Positions 1 to 15,900 of a stretch of 64,000 bases of DNA are shown piece by piece; within the stretch, counting starts at the first letter, position 1; each line of letters begins with the position of its first letter. The position numbers and the translations under genes are program-made. The stretch covers positions 1 through 64,000 of the forward strand of contig MU271251.1 of assembly GCA_021432655.1 (NCBI GenBank). Reading direction: 5' to 3'. The notes under the pieces were generated by a model. That model saw only the letters and a list, made by a program, of their open reading frames with translations, was not told the origin of the DNA and searched no databases. The DNA comes from Atractiella rhizophila (Eukaryota).

Positions 1-450
1 AAGTTGGAACTCTTGTGCCTCGTACGACCGGTTCGTCGATTGAGCACCGGAAAGCAGACGGAAGATTGGCGAGCCAAAACTGGCAAACTGAAAATCTCGC
101 ACTCGAAGAACCTGTCGTTCAAAGGAAATCGCTCGGAACACGTTCCAGCGTTGTTCCAGACGGCTCAAGTACAGACCGCTGCGCATTGCCCTTCGGAATT
201 AGCACCTCGAAGAAAGCCGAGCGGATTTCTCGGATTTCCCAACTGGTAATTCCACAAAGTTTAAGTTTATCATGTGCATCTGTTTCTCATTAAGGTTGAG
301 TGTAGTGGAAAAGAAACTACAAGCGAGACCACAGCCCAGCGCGTTTCCTTCTTAGCTCGAAAGCTGCAGCGACCATCTTCTAGCCTCTCCAATCCCTGGC
401 AAGTACCCTTTCTGCTTAGGATGCTTAGGGATGACTAGATGTGGGTATAG

Positions 451-2273
<1,823 letters not shown>

Positions 2274-2820
2274 ATACAAGACATCCATCGTGAGCATGCC
2301 TGATCTCTATCAATCATCCCTCCTGACAACGTGACATGGTGGAAAGGATACGACATCAATAAATCAATCATTTTTTGGGCTTTCTTGAGAGCAGCAAATT
2401 TTGCAACTTGCCTTTTTTCGACTTGAAGAGTGCCAGTTGTCTTTCGTCCCATCATGATCCGTTTGTTTGCATGAGACAGGCGTAACTAGTACAATTACAG
2501 AGGAGTTCGTCTAATGCGGTCGTGCATACCCATCGCCAAAGCGCTTTGTAGATAATAACCAACGCCGTCATCCATGAAGGAAATGATCGCTTCAATGAAG
2601 ACCAGTTTTTACTGATATTACTTAAATTCTTCGATGGTAGAATCTGAATGGGCCATTCTAGTTCCAAGATCTGCATTGAGCAACGAGAAGCAAGCAGTGT
2701 TACATATTCTATGGCATTTAACGGTAGTACAAGATGGGAGTCTGCAATTGTACGGGGTAGCGAGTGAGCAACGATAACGAAGGAATGAATGAACCAACGA
2801 CTTCTCAAACAACAGACAAC

Positions 2821-5034
2821 TTAAGAAAAGAGTCGCTTTTCGTATCTGTTACAGATTCATCAGTGCTGATACGTGTAAAATTGAAGTAACGCACGAGTGC
2901 AACCCATGAACGCCTCCTTCCACTTGAGCTGAGGCTGTACGGAGCTCGAACCTCAACTTTCCTGACTCGGCCTGTTGCCTCAGGTCTGTCATACTCCTCA
3001 CCCCCATATCTTGGAAAGCATGTTCTACAATCATCACGTCAGACCCAACATCTCATGGAAAGCAAAAACGTACGAAGACCGGCCACCAAATACGGAATGA
3101 ACCTCTTCAAGCTGCCCTTATCTTGAACGGCACCGGTGACGCCTTGAGCGACGCGGACGGTGTCCTCCTCCGAGAAATACCGCGACGTAGCAGCATTCTC
3201 ACGTCCCCCTTTCCCCTTCCCCTTCTTCTCATCATTGCCTCCCTCCATAGCGTCTAGGCTTCCCATCCCTCTGTACTTCTTCAACCGCTTTCCACCTCCA
3301 CTGCCGTCCTGAGAAGCATAAAAATATTCTCCCGGACTCTCCTCCGTCCCAGCGAGCATAGAACCCATCATCACTGCGCTGGCACCAAGCGCAAGAGCCT
3401 TAGCGATGTGTCCGACATTCGAGATTCCACCATCGGCAATGACAGGGACGCCGAATTTACTCGCGAATTCAGCGACGGCGTAGACAGCAGATCCCTGGCT
3501 TCTTCCCACAGCAGTGATTTCCTGAGTGATACAGATCGACCCGCTGCCCATTCCAACTCTAAGCGCATCCGCACCAGCATGAATAAGGACCGCCGCTTGT
3601 TCACGCGTTACCACGTTTCCAGCAATGACATCGAGGTGGGGATGGCGATTTTTGATCCATTGGATCATTTCTATTTGGTAGACGCTATTCCCCTGAGATG
3701 AATCGATGACGACTACGTCCAGACCTGCCTGAACAAGGAGATCGAGACGCTCTTTATCCGCCTCACGTGTGCCAATGGCAGCGGCGCAGAGAAGCTGTTT
3801 CCCATCCCCCTCACGCGTCTTCGAAGCCCAAGGGTACGTCTGAGATTTGAGGAGATCGGAACGAGCCAGAAGGGACTTGAGACGACCTTCAGAGTCGACG
3901 ATTGGCAGCTTGCCTTTCTTGGAATCGCGGAGGATCTCGTTCGCCTTGTCAAGTGTGATACCTTCTTGGGCAACGACGAGGGAGGGGCCTGTGGTCATGA
4001 CGGAGGAGAGAGGTGTGTTTGGTGGACGGAATTGCACATCGCGAATGGTGACGATACCGATCAACTTGCCATTCAGAGCACCAGTGTCTATTCGAAAGCA
4101 TCAGTCTCATAACCCAAGCAGAAGTCATCACGTAAGAAACAGAGAAAGAATCAGTGGACATGAATGATTGAGCTCCTCATGCTTTATCAGCAGAACGAAG
4201 GTTAACAGCAATATCTTTTTATCATCACGCTTTCTCACATGCGGAAACACATCGGGAAACTGACGACATACCTGTGATGGGAATACCACCGAAACCAAAA
4301 TTTGCCTTGATCTCGAGAACGTCGGACACCTTGTGGTCAGGAGTGAGACAGACTGGATCCGTGATGAAACCGTTCTCGAACCTGCACAAGAGCAATGTTA
4401 TCAAAGGCACATCTCATATCACAAACAAGGACAAGCATGCGCACAACGCTGCCCACAATTAAATAGCGCTGCAACTTTATGCAAGCTAGTGCCGAAAACG
4501 AAAACTAAGTGGTCACACGACCATCAACCATGCAAAGAAAGCTTCAAACGAAACAGCTCACGCCAATTCCTTAGCAGTATAACTTACTTCTTGACTTTCC
4601 TAACCATCTCAACTTGTTCAGCTGCTGGCAAGTTATGATGAATGACACCCAGACCGCCTTGAAGCTACAGCGCAAAAAGAGTCCTTAACCCGAATTCCAA
4701 ACTTGAAGCGATAAAAACTCACCGCCATTCCAACCGCCATATCAGCTTCTGTCACAGTATCCATGGGGCTCGAAATAACAGGAACACGGATGCGAGTTCC
4801 CCTCTTGGAGATCTTGACACCCAGATCGACTTCAGACGCCGCAAAATTGATGTGGCCAGGCATAACGAGGAAGTCATTGTATGTCAGGCCTCCTACGGTG
4901 GAAAGAGTCGTTTCGAAAAGCGATTTCAGTGAGTGTGCAGTCCCAGGATAGGAAGACAGATGCTGGAGCGCCGTCGAGGCGTCCAGGAAGCTGGAGGTGG
5001 ATCCGTTGGGAGGAGGGGTTTGGAGAATGACCAT
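2821..5034 (-). CDS. Inosine-5'-monophosphate dehydrogenase (IMPDH) with CBS pair
   Basis: [48 protein letters not shown]; last exon YEKRLFS* ends at 2821. Confidence 0.96.
4142..4236 (-). ncRNA. snR54: Intronic box C/D snoRNA, snR54/SNORD59-like (predicted guide for 18S Am974, yeast numbering)
   Basis: Within a ~180-nt IMPDH intron. Minus strand has C box GTGATGA (4228-4222), D' CTGA (4190-4187), C'-like TGAGGA and D CTGA (4154-4151), closed by a 7-bp terminal stem GAGAAAG/CTTTCTC. Guide TAACCTTCGTTCT is complementary to 18S AGAACGAAGGUUA. Yeast snR54 lies in the IMD4 intron. Confidence 0.88.
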
Positions 5035-5351
5035 ATTGAGAGTTTGGACTTGATCGAGGTGAAACGGTACTTGAGGAAGCCTCAAGGGAAGTGGTCGCCT
5101 TCGTGAAAAAAAGAAAATTTTCTTTCTACTTTCGATTCAGAACTGTAGTGACGTTATATGTCCGAATTGTATTGGTACAGACTTTAAAACTTTCTATCCT
5201 CCGATTGCTGCGTTTAATTAACACGCTCCAATCGGCATGGGCCATCACACAACGACAAAGATAGTGTAACAATTGAGCATTCATTTACTACATCTTCTTT
5301 TTGGACGAGCCTCAAAGCTGCTACAACAATTGGTTCTCACATTCAAATATC

Positions 5352-6178
5352 TTAAGCAGCGATACCAATAACACCACATGCCGCCCTTCCTCCAGCCTTC
5401 ATGACAGGTATCAGCTCAAAATCAAAATCAAATGCATGGAAAAACGCACATTTCCGGTCTTGAAGCTCTCCTCGTTTCCTCCCTTTCCAAGATCGTCGGT
5501 ACCCGCATGACTTGACGACGGGATCAGCTTGAGCGTCAAGGGACAAGAAACTGGGAAGATGGGTGAGGTAGGGAAGAGAACTTACACGACAACGGTCCTG
5601 CCGATGATGCTGAGGGGACCGATGAGCTTCAAGTGGCTATCAGTGATGTTGAGCTTTGCAACTCCATCTCCGTCGGTTTGAATATTGCCTATGCAGCTAC
5701 GAGGTCACTACAACTAACAAATGATACAGGAAGACAAGACGCACCAAGGTCCCCAGCGTGCCTCTCTGCATCAGTGGGACCTCCGTGTTTCTTTCCAGCA
5801 GGGTTGAAGTGAGGTCCAGCGGAGGTACATCCATTGGAGTTGTCTCCCAACTCACTATCTCACCGCAGAGTTCATCCACGATCCTCCACAACGATGCGCA
5901 AAAAAGACGCACTGGATATGAAATCCCCTCTGAGCGTTCTTATCCAAGTTCTTGATCTCGCCCGTCACGACAACAGGGGACGATTCATCTATCATAGGAT
6001 ACCATTATAACCAATAACCACTTGATCGAGAACCGGAAGGGTGTTGAACGCACTCTCTTGTGTGAATGTGATGACGCCCGTAACTGGCGAATCGCCTTCG
6101 ACAACCGATCGATCAGATCCCGTCCACAGAATAAATACAAATATGCACACCTCGGAGAACAGCTACTGCCTTGACCAT
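5352..6178 (-). CDS. SOD1: Cu/Zn superoxide dismutase (not captured as one ORF in the track)
   Basis: Spliced exons read [94 protein letters not shown]. Confidence 0.95.
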
Positions 6179-6822
6179 TTTGATCGTTTCTTAGACGCGT
6201 TGGATGGGCTCAAATCAGTTTGAAAATGTTGGTGGTTTCGAGCGCGTAATCAGCGGCGACGTCATTTTTAAAGTTGATGAGGAAGTTTGTTACTAAGTTA
6301 AACGCTCTTCGGAACGGGGTGGAGCGGCATCCTCTCCTCTCAGCAAAAACAAAACTTCCTACTGCTCGTGACAACTCGTGACTGCCAACTTTGTTAGCCA
6401 TGTTAGCCATGACATTAACTTGGTCTCATATAATCAGTGGAATGAACTTGGAATTCAGCAGGGCATGAGTCAGAATACGGCTATCACGTACGCTGAGCGG
6501 GATGTTCCGATGTCTGTCGTGTCCTTCAACACACAATCGACGGAGAGAAATTCTTTGCTGAAATTTTCTCGGTTGCTCTGCCTCTGGTGAGTCTTTCGGT
6601 CGTTGTTACCCTTGATATGGGTGGATAAAACGAGCTAAGTTACTTGTCAAGGGACTAGAGAAAACTCAAGCTCCTTCGGCGACCACGTTTCAACATTCCC
6701 TCAGAGCAGTTGTCCACCTGTGAAAGCGTCTCTGAGGTAAGTGACACCCAAAGCGCTTCTCTGCTCAATATTTCTTGACACTAACTCGAACGAAGGCTTT
6801 CAAGTCCGAAATCTGAGTAGAT

Positions 6823-9086
6823 ATGGTGAAACGAAAAAATGCTGCTGCTCCGTCTCCTCCACCAGCAGCACAAGAGAAGACTGGCGTCGAGGCATCGACA
6901 TCAGAATCAACACCTACGGCAGCCGCATCAAATTTACAGGAGAAGGAGTCGACATTCATAAGCTATATGATCCTCACAGCCATACACCTTAACTTCCTAG
7001 CTTTCACCCACAATGCCCTCCAGTCTTCCCTCGCCCCAATCTACGGCGGAATTCCCTCTCACCAGAGCGCGTTTCCCCCTCTCTTCTTATCTTTCTTCCT
7101 CTGCCATCTCGCCGGACTCTGGCTGCGTTCTCCCAAACAGAACGGTCGAATCACAATCACAAGGAATGAGAATCGCTCGCTCGTCGTCAAGACCGCTGGG
7201 TCCTTCATGGCCGTCTGGGCAATACTGGCTCCTCTTTTCCTCAATGGATTGGCGAACTTTGCGCAGTATTTGGGACCGTATGTTGGACCTACGCTGGAGA
7301 GACTTATCATCGAAGGCCCTCTCATCGCTGCTGGCGGGATTGTGAGCCAGTTGTACGCTCACTACGACTACGTGCGTCTCCTTCCTATCCTTTCTAGCAG
7401 GATTACGTTGATGCGGAAAGAGTAGTATCAGAATCCAGAGTTCAAGAAACTCCAGATGTACTTTTATGCCGCATTTGAGCCTTTCTTCATGACGACCGTC
7501 GTCGTCGGATATCAGGATCGAGTGTTCAGCTACTTCCCCGGTATGGTGCAAATCAACCAAGTACATATCGTACGTTTTCCTTTCTTTGTTTCCAGATATA
7601 TGCCTTAGAAACAATTATCACAGTGGAGAGCTGCCGCCATTATCCCTTACCTCATCGTTCCTCTCGCTCACCGCTTTCTCTCCTCCTCCCAACAACCAGC
7701 CTCCAGCCCTAAACTGAAGCGAGCCAACCGTCACCTGCTTGTTCTACCCTGGGCCATCCTCGCGCTCACCTTCACTCACCCCATCTACTCTAATTCTCAC
7801 CATCCAGCCGACTACCCCTATCGGGCCCATTCGAGAAATTTGAGGATCCTTCATCGCGAGAAGTCGGTGACGGGATGGATATCGGTGGGCGAATCGCCCG
7901 TCCCTGGCACAAGTGGAGAGGGGAAGGAAGCTCGTTACCTACGAGCGGACCACTCGCTTTTGGGCGGTTTGTGGGTGGGAGTTGAGAGGGCTAGGCTCGG
8001 ATACTACGCTGCGGCAGATGAGGAAACGAGGGAAGAGATCGACGAGAAGGCGGTCTTGACCGCTGAAAGCATCTATACCACTTTCTTGCTCCAGGAAGCG
8101 GTCCGATTGGTGGAGCGGTCGAGCAAAGAGGGGAGGGAGAGGGGTCTCGTCATGTTTGTCTTCTATCTGCTCTCGCTAGATGGTGGATCTGTCTGATGGC
8201 TTGTGGTGGACTCGGAACTGGCATTTCGGCTCGCTCACTTCAAGCTCTTGGGGTCAACACTACGATTGTGGAACTCGACCCCAGTCGTCTATAATCTGGC
8301 AAGAAAGTACTTTGGCGTCGAAGAGCCGGAGGGTGGTGTTTATATTCAGGATGCCAGGAGTACTTGGAGGGATTGACGAAGTATAGGAGGTGGAAAGAGC
8401 GGAAGTTTGACTATATCATTCATGACGTCGTTCGTCCTTTTTTCAAAAGGGTACAGTATGTGTCCTAGTTGTGGATTTGATCAGTTCACTGGTGGGATGG
8501 TCCCGGCAAAATTGTTCACCATGGAATTTTTTAAGCTTGTCAAGGAAGTCTTAGCCGTTCACGGTGTGATCGCAGTGGTAAGCCTTGCACTCCCCCCTCC
8601 CATTGTCTTCCTGTGATACGAGGCTCATCAAAGCAAATGTTTCGCAGAACTTCGCCGGTGAAATCAAAGCCGAACCCTCTCAGATTGTGCTGCAGACCCT
8701 GTTGCGCTCGTTCCGAGGCAACTGTCGCGCATTCGAAGACGGATTCCAAGCCCACGATGAAAAACAGGATTCGGACGAGTTCAAGAACATGGTCGTGTTC
8801 TGCATCAATACCCCGATCGAATATGGGTCTGCCCCCAACCCTCACATTCCGCGATCCAACCCCCGAAGATTTCTTGACCACCGTCTCTCCACAGTTTAGG
8901 AGGAGAGTCTTGACGTCGTTTAAGCAAAACGAGATGGATTTGAATTCTATGATCGATTGGAAGAAACCCATGATGTCGACCGATAAATTGGCCAGCAAGC
9001 TCGATAAAGTGCAGTCGAAAGGTGCCTATAAGCACTGGCCAATTATGAGAGGTGTATTTCCTGACGAGATTTGGAGGTGGTATTAG
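6823..9086 (+). CDS. Fungal membrane protein with C-terminal spermidine-synthase-like SAM-dependent methyltransferase domain
   Basis: Hydrophobic N-terminal region, then ESVTGWISV-like motif, RYLRADHSLLGG, ESIYTTFLLQEAVRL, GLGTG, VELDP, FDYIIHD, FTGG and NFAG motifs. Confidence 0.8.
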
Positions 9087-9207
9087 GTAGTGTTTTTGCT
9101 TGTTTGTAACGGATGAGATGTAGTATTGCAACATAATTTCAACATTCTGTTTGCACCACTATTTTACTTTGACCTGTGGAGCGGACTTTCCCAACGCGTC
9201 AATTCAC

Positions 9208-12200
9208 TCAAGGCTGCAATCCTCTCCACGTAAACTCATCCTCGTTTTCAATCGTGCCCTCCAACCGAATGTCCTCAACACTGGCTCCAACATAGACGTC
9301 ATATTCTCCCTTTTCTGCAACCCAGCATTCTCTCCTGTCATCCCAATACGACAAAGATCCGAAATCAACAGTCATTTTGACGGTAGCCGATTCTCCAGGC
9401 GGCAGGATCGACGTTTTCGCGAAGCCTTTGAGTTCCTTGATGGGACGCTGAAGAGAAGATTTTCTAGGCGCGATGTAAAGCTGGCAAGATTCCGCTCCGT
9501 CCTTTTTGCTCCAGTGTTCTTGATCACAAACACTGACCTCGAGGGTCTTCCTCCCACCTTGGCTGCTGAGCTTGGAGGACGAGAAAAGCAATGAACTGTA
9601 CTCGAAGTTGGTGTAGCTGAGACCGTACCCGAACGGAAAAGAGAGGAGCAATGGATCGCATCTCGTAGTGCTTTATATCCGACAAAGAGCCCTTCAGAGT
9701 AATGGACGCGACCGTTTTCTCCAGGAAAGTGCAGGTAGGATGGGTTGTCGGATAACTTCCGTGGCCAGGACAGGCTGAGTTTGCCTGATGGTGTTGTTTC
9801 TAGAGAGTTCAATGCATTGGAAAGAGGAATGGAGAGGGACTAGCAGACGTACTTCCGAACAAAACATCGGCAAGAGCGTTTCCGCCTTCTGTCCCGAGAT
9901 ACCATGCATGCACGAACGTCTTACATTCATCAATCCACGGAGAAACATCCACCGGCGTTCCAGCATGCGAGACAATTATGGTGTTTGGATTTGCTTTGAG
10001 TACAGCAGCAACCAGAGCATCTGTGTTTCCTGGCAGCGACATGTCCGGTCTGCGAAAATGATTTAATTCTTCGCTTTCTATCTGAACTTGAGGTTTTGCT
10101 CACCTATCAAATCCCTCAGATTCAAGTTCAGGTGTCAGCCCCACGAATACAATGGCAGCTGAAGCGGAAGCGGCCAAATCGGCTGCCTCTCTGATTGCTT
10201 CTTCTGCGTCAAATTTGCGTGCTGCCCCGATTCGAATTCCTCCCCAGTTCACAGCACGACCGCTTCCATGTTCCTATCTTACGTTTCAGAGACATCATAG
10301 GGTAAAGTGTCGTCACGTACATTAGGCGGAATGAGCTCTTCATTCGTGTATCGCACAGTCAATTCGTACTCCGTCCCTTTGGCAAGTTTGATTTCTCCAA
10401 TTCTTTCCCTATGAAAGCTAATTAGCTAGAGCATTCGATAATGAAGATAACGCACTCAGTGGCCGTGTTGAAGAATATAGTTGAGCGGATTTGGTTCGTC
10501 GAATTCTCGACCAACAACTTTCCATCAATGTACAGGTTGGCTTGACCGCAAGAAGCAAGCCTGCAAGCCAAGTTTACTGTTTATTTTATGGAAAGGTGGA
10601 GGAAGTTACCCTAGTTCATAAACACCTGTGTCGTGAGGAGTGATTGTTGCAGTGACCCTTGCATAGACTGGATATTTAGGCACGACACTTTCGGGAATCC
10701 CATCCGCGAAAAACATGGTCGTGGTATCGGCTTGGATAGTGCAAAGATGATTGCCCTCGTAAGTACCCTCGCTACTTGGTGGCTTATCAAAGAAATCAAC
10801 TCTAACAGTGCCATGGACCATTGACTCCAAGACTGCACTTGGAAGGAGGACGTGAGACTTGAATCCTTCGGTATACACGATTTTGGTGTCCTTCGACACC
10901 TGTGCCTTGATCCCGTCCAGAGCACTTATCCGATAGTAAGGACGCAGAGCAGCAGAACCACCTCCTGATATGGGGGTCGCAGCACCGTTAGGACCTATGA
11001 TGGCAATAGTAGGAATGGAAGCATCGAGAGGTAGTATGTTCGCCTCATTCTTCAGAAGAACAATCGATTCGCTTGCTGTTTGGCGGAGGACGCGCCTCGA
11101 CTCAGGTGTATCATTCCCTATATCAATCACAGAATAAATATAGCTCAGACTTGTCAGGCTGAATAATGAAACACCTTTCTCAACAGCATTGCCGGGAACT
11201 CCACTGCTTTTGGTTCGCTCCACTAGCTGAAGTATTTTGCGGGAGCAGTTTTTAATATCCTCTTCGTGTATTATACCTCCCCAGTGCGCTCTCTGGAGAA
11301 CGGCACCGCGCATAACTGCTGGACCTGACAACAAGCGATCAGTTGCACCAAGGTTGTTGGTGGGTGAGAATACCAGGCATTTCCAGATCTAGGCCAGCTT
11401 TGACCGCTTCGACGGTACTGTAGGTTCCGAACCTGGCGTTACATCCTCCACATGAAAATCTCACATATTTAAAAAGAACAGACCAGTCCGACATAACCAA
11501 TCCGTTCCAACCCCATTCGTCTCTCAAAACTTCCCTTAGGAGGAACGGGTTATGAGAAACATGCAGATCGTTGACTTTATTGTAGGACGTCATGAGAGCC
11601 CAAGGATCTGATTCAGCTGCAGCAAGCTCATCAACTCTGCGCAATAAACAGCTGATAGGCATATGTGCACACCTAATGCAATTTGGAAAGGTTTGAGATA
11701 TATCTCTCGCAAAGTTCGAGGATCTACCATGGCTGAAATCGAATGCCGTTGGAATTCTTGGTCGTTGCATAAGAAATGTTTGATAGTAGCTCCTAGGCAA
11801 TCTGTTAACTTTGCCACATTGGATGAGCCCGGATGCTTACCGATGTTTTTCGATTGCAGGCCCTGCACAAATGCTGCCGCCATTTTCCCAGAGAGATATG
11901 GATCTTAGGAAAAATAAATGGAAATCTTCTTGGTTCTGTTGTCACGCACCTTCAGAGTAGCCTAGGAACCAGGATCACAAAAAGGTCAGCAGAACGAAAA
12001 GATTTACTCTCAAACCCTCTCCCTCCCAATGGACTCCTGGCTATGTTAATCGTTGGTCCAAGAAGAATGTGAACACCTGCGCAGAAGCCCATCAGCCTAC
12101 CGGCCATCATCGAGCAAGGAGCCCGCCTTTTGCGATACATTCATCCGCCAAACAAATCCCTACCGTTCTGAGAAGCGTTTCGTTGAAGGTAGCAGCCATA

Positions 12201-12600
12201 GCGCTTGCGCCTGTTCTGTTTTCGTCTACACACACTAGGATCGAGGGGGGCACGACGAACAAGGCGTGCAACCAGCAGGAATACCTACAATGAAATGTCA
12301 AATAACTCATTCGCTTAACAATAATACCAGGGTCTAACTTGCCATTAAAGAATTGTGTCCCTCGGCAGCCGTTTGGCCCATCGCTCAAACGTAGAGCCTC
12401 GATGCCTAATCGCGGAATTGCACAAGTGTGCCAAAAGTCCTGTTTTTCTTGAGAGGCTGTACAAGATGTTTCTGGGCGCTTACGGCACCTGAGAGTAGCG
12501 AGGTAGCCTTGGGTCCACAATCAAATCAAGGACAATAGTTCTCATTTGATCTTACCTCCTCTGTCGTTAGTAGCTTCAGCTTCTCATCGATTGTAATCAT
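9208..12600 (-). CDS. Glycoside hydrolase family 3 beta-glucosidase (PA14 insertion, Fn3-like C-terminus)
   Basis: [45 protein letters not shown] nucleophile motif, [35 protein letters not shown]. Confidence 0.93.
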
Positions 12601-12945
12601 TTCTATCTGCGTTACTGCGAGTGTAAAAGCAGTTGATCAACACTGCTACCCATGTCATTCTCTTTTGAAAGTGGAAATAGCCAGGAAAGAGCCGATAATA
12701 GGAGCGCTGGAAAGGGAACACAGAAACGAAACACGTGACAACAAATGTGAGAGAGGTTCCACAAGGTTTACATGCTGGGCAAACGTCCCGGATAGCCGGT
12801 CAAAAACATTGTGGATGCAAGTCATCGGAGGCTAGTGGCTCTCCTCAAAGGTCGATGGCTTTCTCATTTGCCTAAATCTCAGCATCCGCGAGCTCAAGAT
12901 TCTTGTAGCTATCCTCAAAAGGACGCTGACGAGTCTCTGATCTCA

Positions 12946-15900
12946 ATGGCGTTTACTCCAACAGTGAGCGCGTGTTCTACACAAGATGACAGATTTACTC
13001 TGCACTAGACGCTCGCGCTTCTACTGTTCAAGACTCTACTGCTGCTACAGTACACTTCAAAGTCTGACGCCAACAGATTGCAGCTACAAGACCTGCTTCG
13101 GTTTTGAAAAACAAGGTGACATAGTCGCGAGGAAGCCTAACAAGCTCCTGTACCTGCTTCTGTTGCTCGGTTCGGCGGTCCAAGTATCAATCTTGATTGT
13201 CACTTGCAAATTTGGTTCTGAAACTCGTCCTGAAATTATTTTTGATGCATTTTTATGGGCGATCCTGCTTCTCCATTTGCGATACAAGACGGTCAAATGC
13301 CTTCGCTTCTCCTTGTTGGCATTTTTCACACTGCACCTATGTTCAAAACAATTAGAAGTGCATGCATTCTCCTTTGCTTACATAGACAAGTTCATAACCA
13401 TTTCCTTACTGTTTGCGACATTGCAACTTCCTCTCAAACCGTTCGCGTTAAAACCTTCTCATGGTTCTTTATTGAATCATGATCACATCACACTTTTTGA
13501 GTACCTGACTCTCTCATGGGTCACTCCATTGGTTAGATCAGACCCTTCTTCAAAAGATTTTAAGTCTAAAGTCTTTGATTTGAGCTTGGATTTAAAAACA
13601 GGAACAAATTGGGAAACATGGCGGAAGTATAGGTAAGCACTGCTGGACATTGACGTTGAGTGATGTTTGAATTTCTTTTTCAGCTCATCCTCTATCGTTC
13701 GACAATACTTCCGAAGCAATCAGGGCGAAATGGCCTTATCAACTGTATTAGTCTTCATTACAACGGCACTGGGTCGGTCTTCCCTTTTAGCTGTCCTCTC
13801 TGACTGACTACTGAATAGCATATGCGCCTTCCCACTACCTCTCTCGCATTTTGTCGTCCCCATCTCTCAGGAACGTAATCGCACCTTTCTTCGCCCTATC
13901 CCTTCGTGCTGTCCTCAAATGGGTCGAGCTCCTCCTCGTCCGTCAAATCATGGGTCGTACACGAGGGAACCTCACGGCTACGATATATTCCAAGCTCCTA
14001 CGCACTCCGCAAGGAACTGAAGCGGTGCATCTCCTCACGGACGTCGATAAGCTGGCAGACATCTGGTGTCTCATTCCGTATCTTCTCGTCACGCCCTTTG
14101 AAATTGGTATTGGCGTTGTGCTACTCTACCGGTTCGTTCCATATCTATTTTTTTGTATTGTAAGTTGATATAGGGTATCAGACAGCTGGGCAGCTCCGCC
14201 TTCGTCGGATTGTTGTTGCTACCCTTCACTTTCGTGGGAGCTAGAAAGCTATCTCGAGTGCATGCACAGGTTTAGTTTCACGTTTGATGCTGCCTGCAAG
14301 AAAGCCTGGCTGACTGTGTCCTGAGCAGGAGAACCGATCTAGAAATTTTTATCGAGATAGGTAAGGGTTCGTTCCTTATGTTGTACGAGGCATGTTGACC
14401 GGTATGCGGACAGCCGTGTCCCGAAGTTAGATGAGCTTATCCGGTTTATTCGACAGCTCAAGCTTTCTGGGTACCAGGAGTTCTGGTTGAAGGAATTGAA
14501 AAAGGTTTGTGCTTCGCCTTTGTTGGCGCATAAAATGATATTGAAGTCAGATCCGCGAACTTGAGCTTGGGCATCTGCTGAAAGCACATTGCGCTGCAGC
14601 TGGGGTTGCTTTGATCTGGTATGGTTGTCTCCCCTCAAGATTACATGAACTAATGGCCCGGTCAGGGAGCTGTCGGTGCCAATCATGGCATGTCTCAGTT
14701 TCCTTGCTTACACGACCATAGAAGGCAAAACACTCAGGTCGGTAGATACCTTGGTCATTTCAGTAGCAACTGAAGAATCATGCCACCGCGCACCGCATTA
14801 GTGTTTCTATCGTCTTCACTTCCCTTTCTGTCTTTCAGATGTTCAGCTATCCGCTGATTACCATTGCTGAAGCATTCCGAGACCTCATCCCTTGTGAGTC
14901 GTCTTCCAGTCTGAAGGATCAATTGTAATAGATTGCAATAGGTGAAGCATCTCTGATGAGGTTAGAGGAATACTTGCGACTGGAAGACGTCTCTCCCAGC
15001 GAAAGAGCGCAGAATCGCCGTGTCGGTTTCGCGGCTGCTTCATTTACTTTCAGTGGGCCTACAAAGCATGGGATACAGCCTAAGCTTGCATTGAAGAAGC
15101 TTCATGTCGATTTTCCGATTGGAAAAATCACATTGATTATTGGAAGCAGCGGTTCAGGGAAAACGAGTCTTCTAAGAGCTCTGCTCTCAGGTTCGTTCAC
15201 TTTCATTTTGAGGGATTAGAATCTGTGTCTAACGTATTTCTACTATAAGAACTTTACAGGGTCGAAGGAGAAGTGTATCTCTCATCGTCGGTCGCATATT
15301 GCTCTCAATTACCCTGGCTCTGTGAAGGGACAGTTCGGGACAACATCCTCTTCGGAACTAGCTATGATGAGCATCGGTATCGCATGACGATCGATGTTTG
15401 CGCCCTTGGCCCAGACCTTGAAGGATTTCCAGAAGGCGATTTGACAAGGGTCTCTGAAGGAGCGAGGAATCTCAGCGGGGGACAAAAGGCTAGGGTATGT
15501 TTGATTTTGACTCTGGACGCAGACATTTATATAACAAGCTGCAGATTTGCCTTGCGAGAGCTTTATATTCTTCCGCCAGCACCCTCCTCCTTGACTCACC
15601 ATTCGAAGCTTTGGACACCAGAACTGCAGCGCATATTGCAGCCTCCATCAACTCAGATATTTGGAGAGACAGGACTGTGCTGTTGATCTCTCAATCGGTG
15701 GAGCTATGCCAGCAATTTGCGCAGAAAACCATTCGCCTCGAAAGTGGCTCTATCGTTGAAGTCGAAATGCTGTCACCAACCTCACCGTCTCAGCCTGCTC
15801 TGTCGCCTTCATCTGTGGTATTGCCGGTTTACCCTTCTCAAGGAAGCGATGTTAAGGCAAAAGCCTCCTCAAATGGTTCGAAAGCGACGGGCTCTGAAAG

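Noticed and set aside
2821..5034. IMPDH as a mycophenolate self-resistance gene
   Set aside because: Catalytic and flap motifs look ordinary, it hosts a housekeeping snoRNA, and no PKS is nearby
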